DNA from: Candidatus Latescibacterota bacterium
Lineage (GTDB): Bacteria > Latescibacterota > UBA2968 > GCA-2709665
Reading direction: 5' to 3'
Assembly (NCBI GenBank): GCA_965219995.1
Contig: CBDCOX010000002.1
Location: forward strand, 1,376,001-1,440,000
DNA length: 64,000 nucleotides
Notes under the pieces: model-generated
The model's database searches: none
What the model saw: the letters and a program-made list of their open reading frames with translations, nothing else
What the model was told of the DNA's origin: nothing
Program-made: the position numbers and the translations under genes
Shown here: in pieces, positions 1 to 8,503 of the stretch
Layout of the letters: each line of letters opens with the position of its first letter
Numbering within the stretch: the stretch's first letter is position 1

Positions 1-35
1 ATCCGAAAGCGAATTGTCGCGTCCACAAGACCCGC

Positions 36-1019
36 ATGTCAAATCCTATCGATCGGAGGAAACCCACTGTGAGTCAGGAAGTGATTATGGTCGTCGGTTT
101 TTTGCTCGGCGCCTATTCTATCGTAGGAAACGACGCGATCCAGACCCTCGGCACCTTTCTCAGTTCGAACGCGAGACGCCCGTGGTGGGTACTCTGGATC
201 TTCGCCTGCAGTATTCTGGTGTTGGTACTCGTGTACGGATGGTGGGTCCACGACGACGTCTCCTACGGCAGGCTGGAGAAAATCCCCGAACCCGAACAGT
301 GGACGTGGATCTACTGCGTCCCTCCGTTCGTTCTGCTCCTGCTGACCCGTTGGGGCATCCCGGTGAGCACCACGTTTCTGACCCTGACGATCTTCGCCCC
401 GAAGGCACTGCCGAGCATGCTGATCAAATCGCTGGCCGGGTACGCGACCGCCTTCATTGCGGCCATCCTGATCTATCGATGGGTCACCCGCGGGCTCGAG
501 TCCCGATTTCACAAAACGGAGGGTCCCACGAGCGGCTGGTGGGTCGTCGCGCAATGGTGTTCGACCGGTTTTCTATGGAGCCAATGGCTGATACAGGACC
601 TGGCAAACATCTTCGTCTTCCTTCCACGCAGCCTCAGTGCGGAATGGTTCTTCTCGGCGGTCGTCGTCATGCTGGCCCTGCATGCCATTATCTTCTACAA
701 CCACGGTGGCGCAATCCAGAAGGTGGTCCTGACCAAGACGAACACCACCGACATCCGGTCTGCCACATTCGTTGACCTGATCTACGGCATTGTGCTGTTC
801 CTGTTCAAGGAGGTATCAAAGCTTCCGATGAGTACAACGTGGGTCTTCGTCGGCCTTCTGGCAGGACGCGAGATCGCGGTCTCATGGAACCAGCGGCACC
901 GGGGACGCAAGGAAGTGACTCGGCTGGTGGCAACGGATTTCGCCAAGATCACGGGCGGACTGCTCGTCAGTATCGGTCTCGCCTACCTCCTGCCCGAACT
1001 ACAGGCGATGTTCGGTTGA
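36..1019 (+). CDS. Multi-pass membrane protein, PiT/PHO4-like putative transporter
   Basis: About 9-10 hydrophobic segments; GNDAIQTLGTF and repeated PVSTT/PMSTT motifs resemble the PiT-family GxND and PvStT signatures. Confidence 0.55.
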   Translation: MSNPIDRRKPTVSQEVIMVVGFLLGAYSIVGNDAIQTLGTFLSSNARRPWWVLWIFACSILVLVLVYGWWVHDDVSYGRLEKIPEPEQWTWIYCVPPFVLLLLTRWGIPVSTTFLTLTIFAPKALPSMLIKSLAGYATAFIAAILIYRWVTRGLESRFHKTEGPTSGWWVVAQWCSTGFLWSQWLIQDLANIFVFLPRSLSAEWFFSAVVVMLALHAIIFYNHGGAIQKVVLTKTNTTDIRSATFVDLIYGIVLFLFKEVSKLPMSTTWVFVGLLAGREIAVSWNQRHRGRKEVTRLVATDFAKITGGLLVSIGLAYLLPELQAMFG

Positions 1020-1065
1020 TGGACGGCAGGTTGATTCGGGCCCGGATAGTAAAGGGAGAATTTGC

Positions 1066-2355
1066 ATGAGATACCATGCACCGAGGACAGACGCGCAAAT
1101 CGAGGCCGCCTTCACGCAGGCCTCCGAACAGTACGCGGCCCTTGGCGTGGACGCACGGGCAGCGGTGGATAGGGCGCTGGATGTGCCCATCTCGCTTCAC
1201 TGCTGGCAGGCCGACGACGTGGCGGGGTTCGAGACGAAGGATGAAGCCGTGGAAGGCGGCGGCATCATGGCCACCGGGAACTATCCGGGCAGGGCGCGAA
1301 ACGGCGAGGAGCTTCGAGCCGACCTGAAGCAGGTCATCCGCCTGTTGCCCGGCCGGCACCGCGCGAACGTCCACGCGTCCTACGGCGATACGGGCGGCAA
1401 GGTCGTGGACCGGGACCTCCTGGAACCCGAACACTTCGCCGGATGGATCGCCTGGGCAATAGAAAATGACGTCGGGCTGGACTTCAACCCCACGTATTTC
1501 GCCCATCCGAAGGCGAACGACGGGCACACCCTGGCCCATCCTCACAAAGACATACGAGAATTCTGGATCCGGCACGGCGTTGCCAGCCGGAGAATCGCCG
1601 AGGCTATGGGCACCGCGCTGGGCGACGAGTGCGTGAATAACCACTGGATCCCCGACGGGGCCAAAGACCATCCCGCGGACCGTCACGGGCCACGCGAACG
1701 CCTCGTGGCGTCGCTCGACGCCGTCCTGGACCCCGGGCTGGGCATCGGGCCGGCCTGCGTGGACGCCGTCGAGGGCAAGCTCTTCGGCCTGGGCGTGGAA
1801 GACTACACGGTGGGCTCCAACGACTTCTACGCGAACTACGCCCTGTCGCGGGGCGCCGTCCTCTGCCTGGACATGGGCCACTTCCACCCGACCGAATCCA
1901 TCGCCGACAAGATCTCCGCGCACCTCCCCTTCCACGAGAAGCTGCTCATCCACACCAGCCGGCCCATCCGCTGGGACTCGGACCACGTCGTACTCTTCGG
2001 CGACGACGTACGAAACGTCTTTCTGGAAGTGGTGCGATGCGGGGCGCTGGACCGCGTGTACGTGGCGCTGGACTTCTTCGACGCCAGCATCAACCGCGTC
2101 GGCGCGTACGTGATCGGCACCCGCGCGACGCGGAAAGCCATCCTCTTCGCGCTGCTGGATCCTACGGAAAGTCTAAAGGAACTGGAACGGGAAGGGAAGC
2201 TGGCGCAGAAACTCGGCCTGATGGAAGACATGAAAACCATGCCGTTTGCCGCAGTCTGGGACATGGCCTGCCTGAAATCCGGCGTCCCCCCCGGCGCCGC
2301 GTGGATTCCCGAAATGGAAGCCTACGAAGAACAGGTTTTGTCACTGCGGGGATAA
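1066..2355 (+). CDS. rhaA: L-rhamnose isomerase
   Basis: ISLHCWQADDV, GLDFNPTYFAHP, WIPDGAKD, VEGKLFGLGVE, LDMGHFHPTE, RWDSDHVV and LDFFDASINR motifs; GGGAGA RBS. Confidence 0.93.
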   Translation: MRYHAPRTDAQIEAAFTQASEQYAALGVDARAAVDRALDVPISLHCWQADDVAGFETKDEAVEGGGIMATGNYPGRARNGEELRADLKQVIRLLPGRHRANVHASYGDTGGKVVDRDLLEPEHFAGWIAWAIENDVGLDFNPTYFAHPKANDGHTLAHPHKDIREFWIRHGVASRRIAEAMGTALGDECVNNHWIPDGAKDHPADRHGPRERLVASLDAVLDPGLGIGPACVDAVEGKLFGLGVEDYTVGSNDFYANYALSRGAVLCLDMGHFHPTESIADKISAHLPFHEKLLIHTSRPIRWDSDHVVLFGDDVRNVFLEVVRCGALDRVYVALDFFDASINRVGAYVIGTRATRKAILFALLDPTESLKELEREGKLAQKLGLMEDMKTMPFAAVWDMACLKSGVPPGAAWIPEMEAYEEQVLSLRG

Positions 2356-2362
2356 AGAAAAT

Positions 2363-2400
2363 CGCGGATCGGCGTGTGTAACAACCCACACCGGTCCGCG
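2363..2400. terminator. Hairpin between convergent rhaA and hicB, probable terminator
   Basis: CGCGGATCGGCGTGTG ... CACACCGGTCCGCG imperfect stem; AAGAAAAT on the left gives a U-rich tail on the minus strand. Confidence 0.45.
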
Positions 2401-2463
2401 TTCCCTATCGGCTTTGATTCTCTTGAACACCCTACCGAATCAACCGGAAATCCCTTCCTTAAG

Positions 2464-2652
2464 TTACTTTCCGCTGATTTCCGTTTCGAGCTCGTCGAAA
2501 TATAACCTGATCGCTTCGGCGACCAGGTCACGCACCTCGTCCTTCGTCTCTCCCGCCACGCCAATCCCCGGAAGTTCCGGTACATACGCCCCGTAGGATC
2601 CGGGGCCGTCATTCTCTACGATGACCAGATATTCAGCCTGGGGCGTCTTCAT
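2464..2652 (-). CDS. hicB: HicB-family antitoxin (short form, no adjacent hicA)
   Basis: YLVIVE..GSYGAYVPELPGIGVAGETKDEVRDLVAEAIRLY matches the HicB N-terminal signature. Confidence 0.8.
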   Translation of the reverse strand: MKTPQAEYLVIVENDGPGSYGAYVPELPGIGVAGETKDEVRDLVAEAIRLYFDELETEISGK

Positions 2653-2787
2653 TTTCTGTGTTGTTCTCGTTCAAACCGGCGTTGATCGAACCATTCTTCC
2701 AAGCGATTGGTCTGTGTGTGCAGGATTCTATCCCGCGTTTTCGGTCGGAAGTAAGCGAACAAATGGTCATACGTAGCGTGACCTGCT

Positions 2788-5700
2788 TCAGGTGCCAACC
2801 GAATTGTAAGCGAGGTTGAACACGATGTCGGTCATCAAACGCTTGAAGTCCTTGTCGTCCATATACCGCTTGAACAGTTCGGTGTCATCCTTCATCACTC
2901 CGGTCATCACGCGCAGCAGCGCCTTGTCGTGCTCGATCCGCGCATTCTGCCGGTCGGAGTTCACCCTGGCGTTTCGGAACGCGGTGTCGGCGGCCACGCG
3001 GGCGGGAATGGTTTCAATGATGAGCTGTTCCACGCGGTCGCGATCTTCCCATTGAATATCACCGAAGTGTTCGTTGAAGTCCCGAAGTATGTTGGAAAGC
3101 CGGTCCAATTCCAGCTCCGGTTGATGTCCTCCACCCGCCGCCGGTACCGGATCGATCTCCGCATCCTCGTCCGGCAACAGGATATGTTGCATCGCCCGCT
3201 TCTCGACCCGGTAGCTGTCCAGATCGATCGCATCGAGGATCCCTTTGGAAAGGTCCTCCTCCTCGGGAGCGGGTAACTTCGGGACCAGGAAGTTGAGGAA
3301 AATCGAACGCTTTTCCCATTCCGCATCGTTGTATGGAAGAATGGATGAAAGAAAGGCGTAGGTCCGCACGAAAGCCTTGGCCCTGCCCTTGAACGCGACT
3401 TGGCCGTCTTCGTCCAGATCGCTTCGATAGACCGCAACACAAGCATCCAGGATTGGATCGAGACGGTCGCGCTCGGCCCCTTCCAGGTAGAGCTGCACAA
3501 ATTCGTCAATCTGCACATCCGAATAGACCTGTGCGCCGTCCAGGTCCGCCTGCAGGTCATGGAGCTTGTTCGGGTCGGTCTCGTCGGCCAGAATCGTCGT
3601 CCGGTAGAAGTCTGCGAAAGCGTCGCGGATGGTGTCCGTATCGTTAAGAAAATCAAGTACGAACACATCGTGCTTCTTCGGCTGAGCGCGGTTCAGGCGG
3701 GAAAGCGTCTGCACGGCCTTGATGCCGGACAGCGTCTTGTCCACGTACATCGTGTGCAGCAGGGGCTCGTCATAGCCGGTCTGAAACTTGTCCGCGCAGA
3801 CCAGGAACCGGTAAGGGTCCTCCCGGAATCGCCCGGCGATCTGCGTCGAGGGCAGGCCGTTCAGAGACGCCTCGCTGACCTTCCCACCGCCGTATTCGTG
3901 CTCCCCTGAGAAGGCAACCAGAGCCTGGTACTGGCTTTTCCGCTCCTTTAGATAGTTTCGGATCGCGTGATAGTACTGAATCGCGCGCTCAATGCCGTTT
4001 GTAACGACCATAGCCCGCGCCGATCCGCCGATCTTTCCCTGCTTCAACACCTGGTCGTGGAAGTGGTCGACCATGATCTCGGCCTTGAGCCGAATCGCGT
4101 GGTCGCTTCCTTCAACGAACCGACGCAGCTTCCTCTGTGCTTTCCGGATGTCGAACTCGGGGTCGTCTTCAACTGTCTTGGCGAGCTTGTAGTAGCTGTT
4201 CACGGGCGTGTAATGGGCGAGAACGTCGAGGATGAATCCTTCCTGAATGGCCTGCTTCATGGTGTAGCTATGGAAGGCCCGATGGCTCACCGTACCGTCG
4301 GGCTGCGGGTCCGGCGCGCCGAAGATCTCGAGCGTCTTGTTCTTGGGCGTGGCGGTAAACGCGAAATAACTGGCGTTGGGCAACAGTTTCCGCGACTCCA
4401 TCAGGCGGTTGATCCGGTCCTCGAAGGTATCCTGATCGTCATCTTCTCCCGCTTCCGACAGCGCCTGCGCCATGGCCGCGCTGGTGCGTCCCCCCTGGCT
4501 TGAATGGGCTTCGTCGATGATGATGGCGAAGCGCTTGCCCCGCTGTTCGTTCCCGATCTCGTCCAGGATGAACGGAAACTTCTGGACCGTGGAAATGATG
4601 ATCTTCTTTCCGCTTTCGATGAAACGGCGTAGATCTCCCGAGGCGTCTGCGTGCCCTACCGTCGCCGCCACCTGGGCGTACTGTTTGATGGTGTCGCGGA
4701 TCTGCCGGTCCAGGATGAGCCTGTCCGTGACGACGATGATCGAATCGAAGACAGGAGCGTCGTCCTTCTCCAACCCGATCAACTGGTGGGCGAGCCAGGC
4801 GATCGAGTTGCTCTTCCCACTGCCGGCGGAATGTTGGATCAGGTAGCGCTGCCCGGCGCCTCGTGCGGCCGCATCGTCCAGCAGGCGTCGTACCGCGTCG
4901 AGTTGATGGAAGCGCGGCCAGACCTGGGTCCTTCGGTTCTTACCGCTCTTCTCGTCCTTCGATGCCACCACTTGCGCGTAGTTCTCGAGGATGTTCGCCA
5001 GACTCTCGCGAGTGAGAACTTCCCGCCATAGATAGGCGACCGCGAGACCGTTCGGGTTGGGCGGATTGCCCGCGCCGTCGTTCCAGCCGCGGTTAAAGGG
5101 AAGAAACCACGACGCCTTCCCCTTCAGGTCCGTGCAAAAACGCACCTCACGCTCGTCCAGCGCGAAGTGCGCGATACACCGCCCGAATCCAAACAGCTTT
5201 TCTCGCGGGTTCCGGTCTTTTCGATATTGCCAGACTGCATCGTCCACCGTCTGTTTGGTGAGGCTGTTTTTCAATTCGAACGTGAACACGGGCATCCCGT
5301 TGATGAACAGGCCGATGTCCAGCGCCCGCTGCGCCTCGTCCCGGCTGTAGCGAAGCTGGCGGGTGACCGTGAAGCGGTTTTGTTCGAAGCGTTCCTGCGC
5401 GCTGGGGTTGTCGGTCGAAGGCGTGCCGTAGAACAGATCCAGGTACAGCGGTCCGTGCTTGATCCCGTTGCGCAGCACGTCGATGGTGCCGCGCTTGTTG
5501 ATCTCGCCCTGCAGCCGATTCAAAAACGCGCGCCGCGTCGGTCCGTCCTCGGAAAGCGAGAGCGACTCGGTGGCTTCGGGCTGGGTTATACGCAAGAATG
5601 CCGACAGTTGCACCAGATCGACGCAATACTCCCGATCGTAATCGTGGGGATTGCCGCAACTCCAGCCAACGCCCCCATAGCCGACATGGGGTTCTGCCAC

Positions 5701-5790
5701 GGTGCCCGTGGTCGGCGGCTCGCAGGCATTGCCCGTCAAGCCGGTGCAAATCAGGCGTTCAAGTCCGCGTTCGGAGGTGTCGGTGGGCAT
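2788..5790 (-). CDS. hsdR: Type I restriction endonuclease subunit R
   Basis: Nuclease motif DIGLFINGMPVFTFELKN, Walker A HSAGSGKS, DEAH box, FTATP, KFQTGYDEP, QTLSRLNR; 1000 aa. Confidence 0.96.
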   Translation of the reverse strand: MPTDTSERGLERLICTGLTGNACEPPTTGTVAEPHVGYGGVGWSCGNPHDYDREYCVDLVQLSAFLRITQPEATESLSLSEDGPTRRAFLNRLQGEINKRGTIDVLRNGIKHGPLYLDLFYGTPSTDNPSAQERFEQNRFTVTRQLRYSRDEAQRALDIGLFINGMPVFTFELKNSLTKQTVDDAVWQYRKDRNPREKLFGFGRCIAHFALDEREVRFCTDLKGKASWFLPFNRGWNDGAGNPPNPNGLAVAYLWREVLTRESLANILENYAQVVASKDEKSGKNRRTQVWPRFHQLDAVRRLLDDAAARGAGQRYLIQHSAGSGKSNSIAWLAHQLIGLEKDDAPVFDSIIVVTDRLILDRQIRDTIKQYAQVAATVGHADASGDLRRFIESGKKIIISTVQKFPFILDEIGNEQRGKRFAIIIDEAHSSQGGRTSAAMAQALSEAGEDDDQDTFEDRINRLMESRKLLPNASYFAFTATPKNKTLEIFGAPDPQPDGTVSHRAFHSYTMKQAIQEGFILDVLAHYTPVNSYYKLAKTVEDDPEFDIRKAQRKLRRFVEGSDHAIRLKAEIMVDHFHDQVLKQGKIGGSARAMVVTNGIERAIQYYHAIRNYLKERKSQYQALVAFSGEHEYGGGKVSEASLNGLPSTQIAGRFREDPYRFLVCADKFQTGYDEPLLHTMYVDKTLSGIKAVQTLSRLNRAQPKKHDVFVLDFLNDTDTIRDAFADFYRTTILADETDPNKLHDLQADLDGAQVYSDVQIDEFVQLYLEGAERDRLDPILDACVAVYRSDLDEDGQVAFKGRAKAFVRTYAFLSSILPYNDAEWEKRSIFLNFLVPKLPAPEEEDLSKGILDAIDLDSYRVEKRAMQHILLPDEDAEIDPVPAAGGGHQPELELDRLSNILRDFNEHFGDIQWEDRDRVEQLIIETIPARVAADTAFRNARVNSDRQNARIEHDKALLRVMTGVMKDDTELFKRYMDDKDFKRLMTDIVFNLAYNSVGT

Positions 5791-6148
5791 GCCATCAAGT
5801 ACCCGTCAAGTAAATTGAAATCTCCAACTTGCTGAAATAACGCAAATTGTGAACTTGATCGACTCAAGGAAAGCCGATTTGACAGTAAATCATCAAGTAA
5901 ATTCCAGGATTTCGGCCCTGGTCCACCAGGGTCCGTATCGCATCTGCCTGTGGGCTGTCCTTCTCAACATTGAGTCCATTCCGACAAGTTCCGTGTTTTA
6001 CATTCCCGAAAAACGTCATATTATAACTGTATCATATGAAATACGAACAAAACCGACATAAGTTGCTGACAAATAAGGTAAGTAAATTCAGATGCTTACG
6101 AAATATACAAATTCCAAACTTATGTAGAACTTATAACATAATTGCGTT

Positions 6149-6901
6149 TTAAACTTCCTCAGGCATAATGTCAATTGGCGTGCGTCCCGGGAACCAGCGA
6201 GCGGAACTGGTGTTTCCTTTTTTGTGGATCTGTCCTTCAACCCTTAAATCCTGGATCAACCTCTGGACCTGAACATACGAAAGAGCTGGCAGTACTTGAA
6301 CGAGTTCACGTAATCGACTCCCTTCTTTCCGGTTATCTTGAATGTGCTTCAGCAACAACATCTTATTCGTCCGACGGTCCAATCCACGCTTGCGCGTGTA
6401 GACTCCCGCCTTACCGATGTGCCGGTAGAATCGCCGGGACAAAAGCAGCCGTGCGCTCCGCCCACGACCCGAGCGTACGATGATCCCCCGTTCCAGCAGA
6501 GGTTCGATCCTCGGTTTAAGGTCGTCGGAAATTGGCTGTTCGCGATGGACGAAATCGACCAATAATAGATCGTCAAGTCCAAACAAGGCGACCTGTTCCT
6601 GCCCGATCTCCTCCAAAAAGCGTAAAAACTCCGGGTCTTGAATGTCACCGCGTAATGTGAGCCATACGGTGTGCGCGTCAGTATGGGAGAAGTCTGGCAA
6701 CGGCTTACTCTGCTGAATACACTCGCGAAATATGCTGTCAAACCCCTGTCCGGCCCGTTCAACCAAACCACATTTGCCGAGAACTTCCGCGATACGGCGA
6801 TTACGTGGATTTTGTTGTCGAAGGATATTCTCAGAGGTTATGCCCGGTGGGAAACCACCAGGACTCACGATCTCAATGCGCCGAGGGTACTGGCGTCTGA
6901 T
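6149..6901 (-). pseudogene. 5'-truncated AlbA_2/HATPase_c_4 (RecG-like) DNA-binding ATPase; only the C-terminal part remains
   Basis: Frame reads IRRQYPRRIEIVSPGGFPPGIT..PRNRRIAEVL..GLVERAGQG plus a wHTH tail; homology continues upstream of the GTG at 6868 and then stops; no N-terminal domain. Confidence 0.7.
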
Positions 6902-7031
6902 GCAGTGATTTATACACCCTCGACGAGGGGGTGGTAGGAAAGTGCGCTTTTGGCTTGTTTAGTCCCTCTGATGCAATTCCGGATGATTTTCGAACGCAAT
7001 GAACGGCGTTTCTGACCGCGGATTTCAGAAC

Positions 7032-7454
7032 CTACACGTTCGTGTACGGGTTGATGACCCGGAGGCCGTTGTAGTCCTGTTCCGTACTCAACTCTTCGGA
7101 ATAAACGGCGTCGCAGCCCAGGGCGAGGGCCGCGGCGAGAATTGCGCCGTCCCAATAGGACAGCCCGAAACGTTGGCTGATGGCGATTGCTGCAATGAAC
7201 AAACTGAGAGTGATGTCCTGCACCGGAAAGTGACTAATGCTCTCGATGAATTGCAGCGCGTGGTCCTGGGTGATCGCTCCAGGACGGCTGGAGCGCGTAG
7301 ACTGGTGATAGAACTCCTGGAGTACCTGGACGGACAACGCAAGATCTCCCTCTTCCAGCAGCCGTTGAGCCGAACGCTGCTTGCCGGCTTCATCAGGAGC
7401 GGGGCTGGCCGCGTATATCAGAACGTTCGTATCGACAAAGCGCACGGTGCTCAC
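7032..7454 (-). CDS. vapC: PIN-domain (VapC-like) toxin
   Basis: FVDTNVLIYA, QVLQEF, LSYWDGAILAAA, YSEEL, VINPY; GTGA overlap with the upstream antitoxin. Confidence 0.9.
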   Translation of the reverse strand: MSTVRFVDTNVLIYAASPAPDEAGKQRSAQRLLEEGDLALSVQVLQEFYHQSTRSSRPGAITQDHALQFIESISHFPVQDITLSLFIAAIAISQRFGLSYWDGAILAAALALGCDAVYSEELSTEQDYNGLRVINPYTNV

Positions 7455-7792
7455 CCGCTCTCGGGATCCTGGCGTTCGACAGCGGCCGCTGCCTCGGCTT
7501 CGGCCCTTGCCGTGGCCCGGTCGTACAGCTCCTCTCGAGACAGGTTGTCGGCGGCCCTGAATCCGGGTGAAGTGGTGCGAATTTTCTCTATGACCTCGCT
7601 CAACATCCTACGCCGACGCTTGGCCTCCGGCTCCGTGACCGTCCCGTTGTCGGCTGCGCCGCCTGCGCGGTCCGATGCCAGACTCTTCAGGTAGTCTCGC
7701 ACGAGGGCCGATACCGACGTGTCCAATTCTGCCGCACGGATGCGCGCGAGCCGATGTGTCTCTTCGTCGACGGATACGGTGATATTTCTCAT
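7451..7792 (-). CDS. RHH-type antitoxin (VapB/DUF6364-like)
   Basis: MRNITVSVDEETHRLARIRAAELDTSVSALVRDYL ribbon-helix-helix; LSREELYDR tail; coupled to the PIN gene. Confidence 0.85.
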   Translation of the reverse strand: MRNITVSVDEETHRLARIRAAELDTSVSALVRDYLKSLASDRAGGAADNGTVTEPEAKRRRRMLSEVIEKIRTTSPGFRAADNLSREELYDRATARAEAEAAAAVERQDPESG

Positions 7793-7827
7793 AGTCACAG
7801 CCTCACAGTTCTGTGTATCACAATATA
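7793..7827 (-). promoter_or_regulatory. Putative autoregulatory operator and -10 of the vapBC pair
   Basis: CACAG..CACAGTTCTGTG repeats next to TATATT (minus strand); a near-identical copy lies at 8393-8428. Confidence 0.5.
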
Positions 7828-7831
7828 CGCA

Positions 7832-8002
7832 TTAGCCGGCCGAATACCCGCGACCGGGCGGGCGGCCATCCTGATCGGCAGTGTCAAACAGGTATCCATT
7901 GGCCAACCGGTCCCACCCCTTTTCTGCCGCCGTATCGACTGAGTGTCCGGGGAATTCCCGCCTGAGGGGCCTGGGCGTACCGTGATCAAACGGTATCTTC
8001 AA
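7832..8002 (-). pseudogene. Truncated DUF5615 (PIN-like) toxin, partner of DUF433
   Basis: Hand translation from TTG 8002: MKIPFDHGTPRPLRREFPGHSVDTAAEKGWDRLANGYLFDTADQDG.. then a stop at 56 aa, about half the family length; not in the ORF track. Confidence 0.7.
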
Positions 8003-8234
8003 GGCTGCTCACCGGCACGGGCGCCTTCAGGGAGTCGGCCACGTATTGCAGGACGGCTCTCACCTTCCATTCGTCGACGGGCGCGAACCACTCCATGAAC
8101 TCCTCGATGGTGGCGCCGGCCTCCAGGTTCTCAAACAGGACGGATACGGGCAGTCTGGTGTCGGTGAAGAGCCAGGCGCCGCTGACCTTGCCCGGGATTC
8201 GCTCCACCCCAGGGCACTTAGACCAATCAATCAT
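7986..8234 (-). CDS. DUF433 protein (putative antitoxin)
   Basis: MIDWSKCPGVERIPGKVSGAWLFTDTRLPVSVLFENLEAGATIEEFMEWF. Confidence 0.88.
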   Translation of the reverse strand: MIDWSKCPGVERIPGKVSGAWLFTDTRLPVSVLFENLEAGATIEEFMEWFAPVDEWKVRAVLQYVADSLKAPVPVSSLEDTV

Positions 8235-8323
8235 ATTCTCCCGTCCTCTGCAGCTGTGTGCTCTTCCGCTGATTCTTCGGCGTCCGCCAAGCGTCTGTGG
8301 TCAAGCCGTAACGGTGAAGTGGT

Positions 8324-8392
8324 TTAACACAACCGTATCCGTCGTGCGAGCCGCTCGGTCAGCCCGTCGACGGATACGGTTATGTTTTTCAT
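8324..8392 (-). pseudogene. Stub of a second RHH antitoxin paralogous to 7451-7792
   Basis: MKNITVSVDGLTERLARRIRLC* versus MRNITVSVDEETHRLARIR; same upstream operator. Confidence 0.7.
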
Positions 8393-8451
8393 GGCCACAG
8401 CTTCACAGTTTCTGTGTTGTACAATTTAGCCAAGGATTGGTCGATGGGCAA
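8393..8451 (-). promoter_or_regulatory. Sigma70-like promoter plus CACAG/CTGTG operator upstream of the antitoxin stub
   Basis: TTGCCC-17bp-TAAATT on the minus strand followed by CACAGAAACTGTG. Confidence 0.5.
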
Positions 8452-8475
8452 CAGTGCGGTCGGCGCCGGTTCCCG

Positions 8476-8503
8476 GTAGGGGCGACCGGCCGGTCGCCCC
8501 TAC
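8476..8503. repeat. Perfect 28-bp GTAG-type REP-like palindrome
   Basis: GTAGGGGCGACCGGCCGGTCGCCCCTAC is its own reverse complement and overlaps the hsdS stop codon. Confidence 0.75.

Noticed and set aside
2653-2700. Possible hicA 3' remnant (..INAGLN) upstream of hicB
   Set aside because: Too short and weak to distinguish from chance
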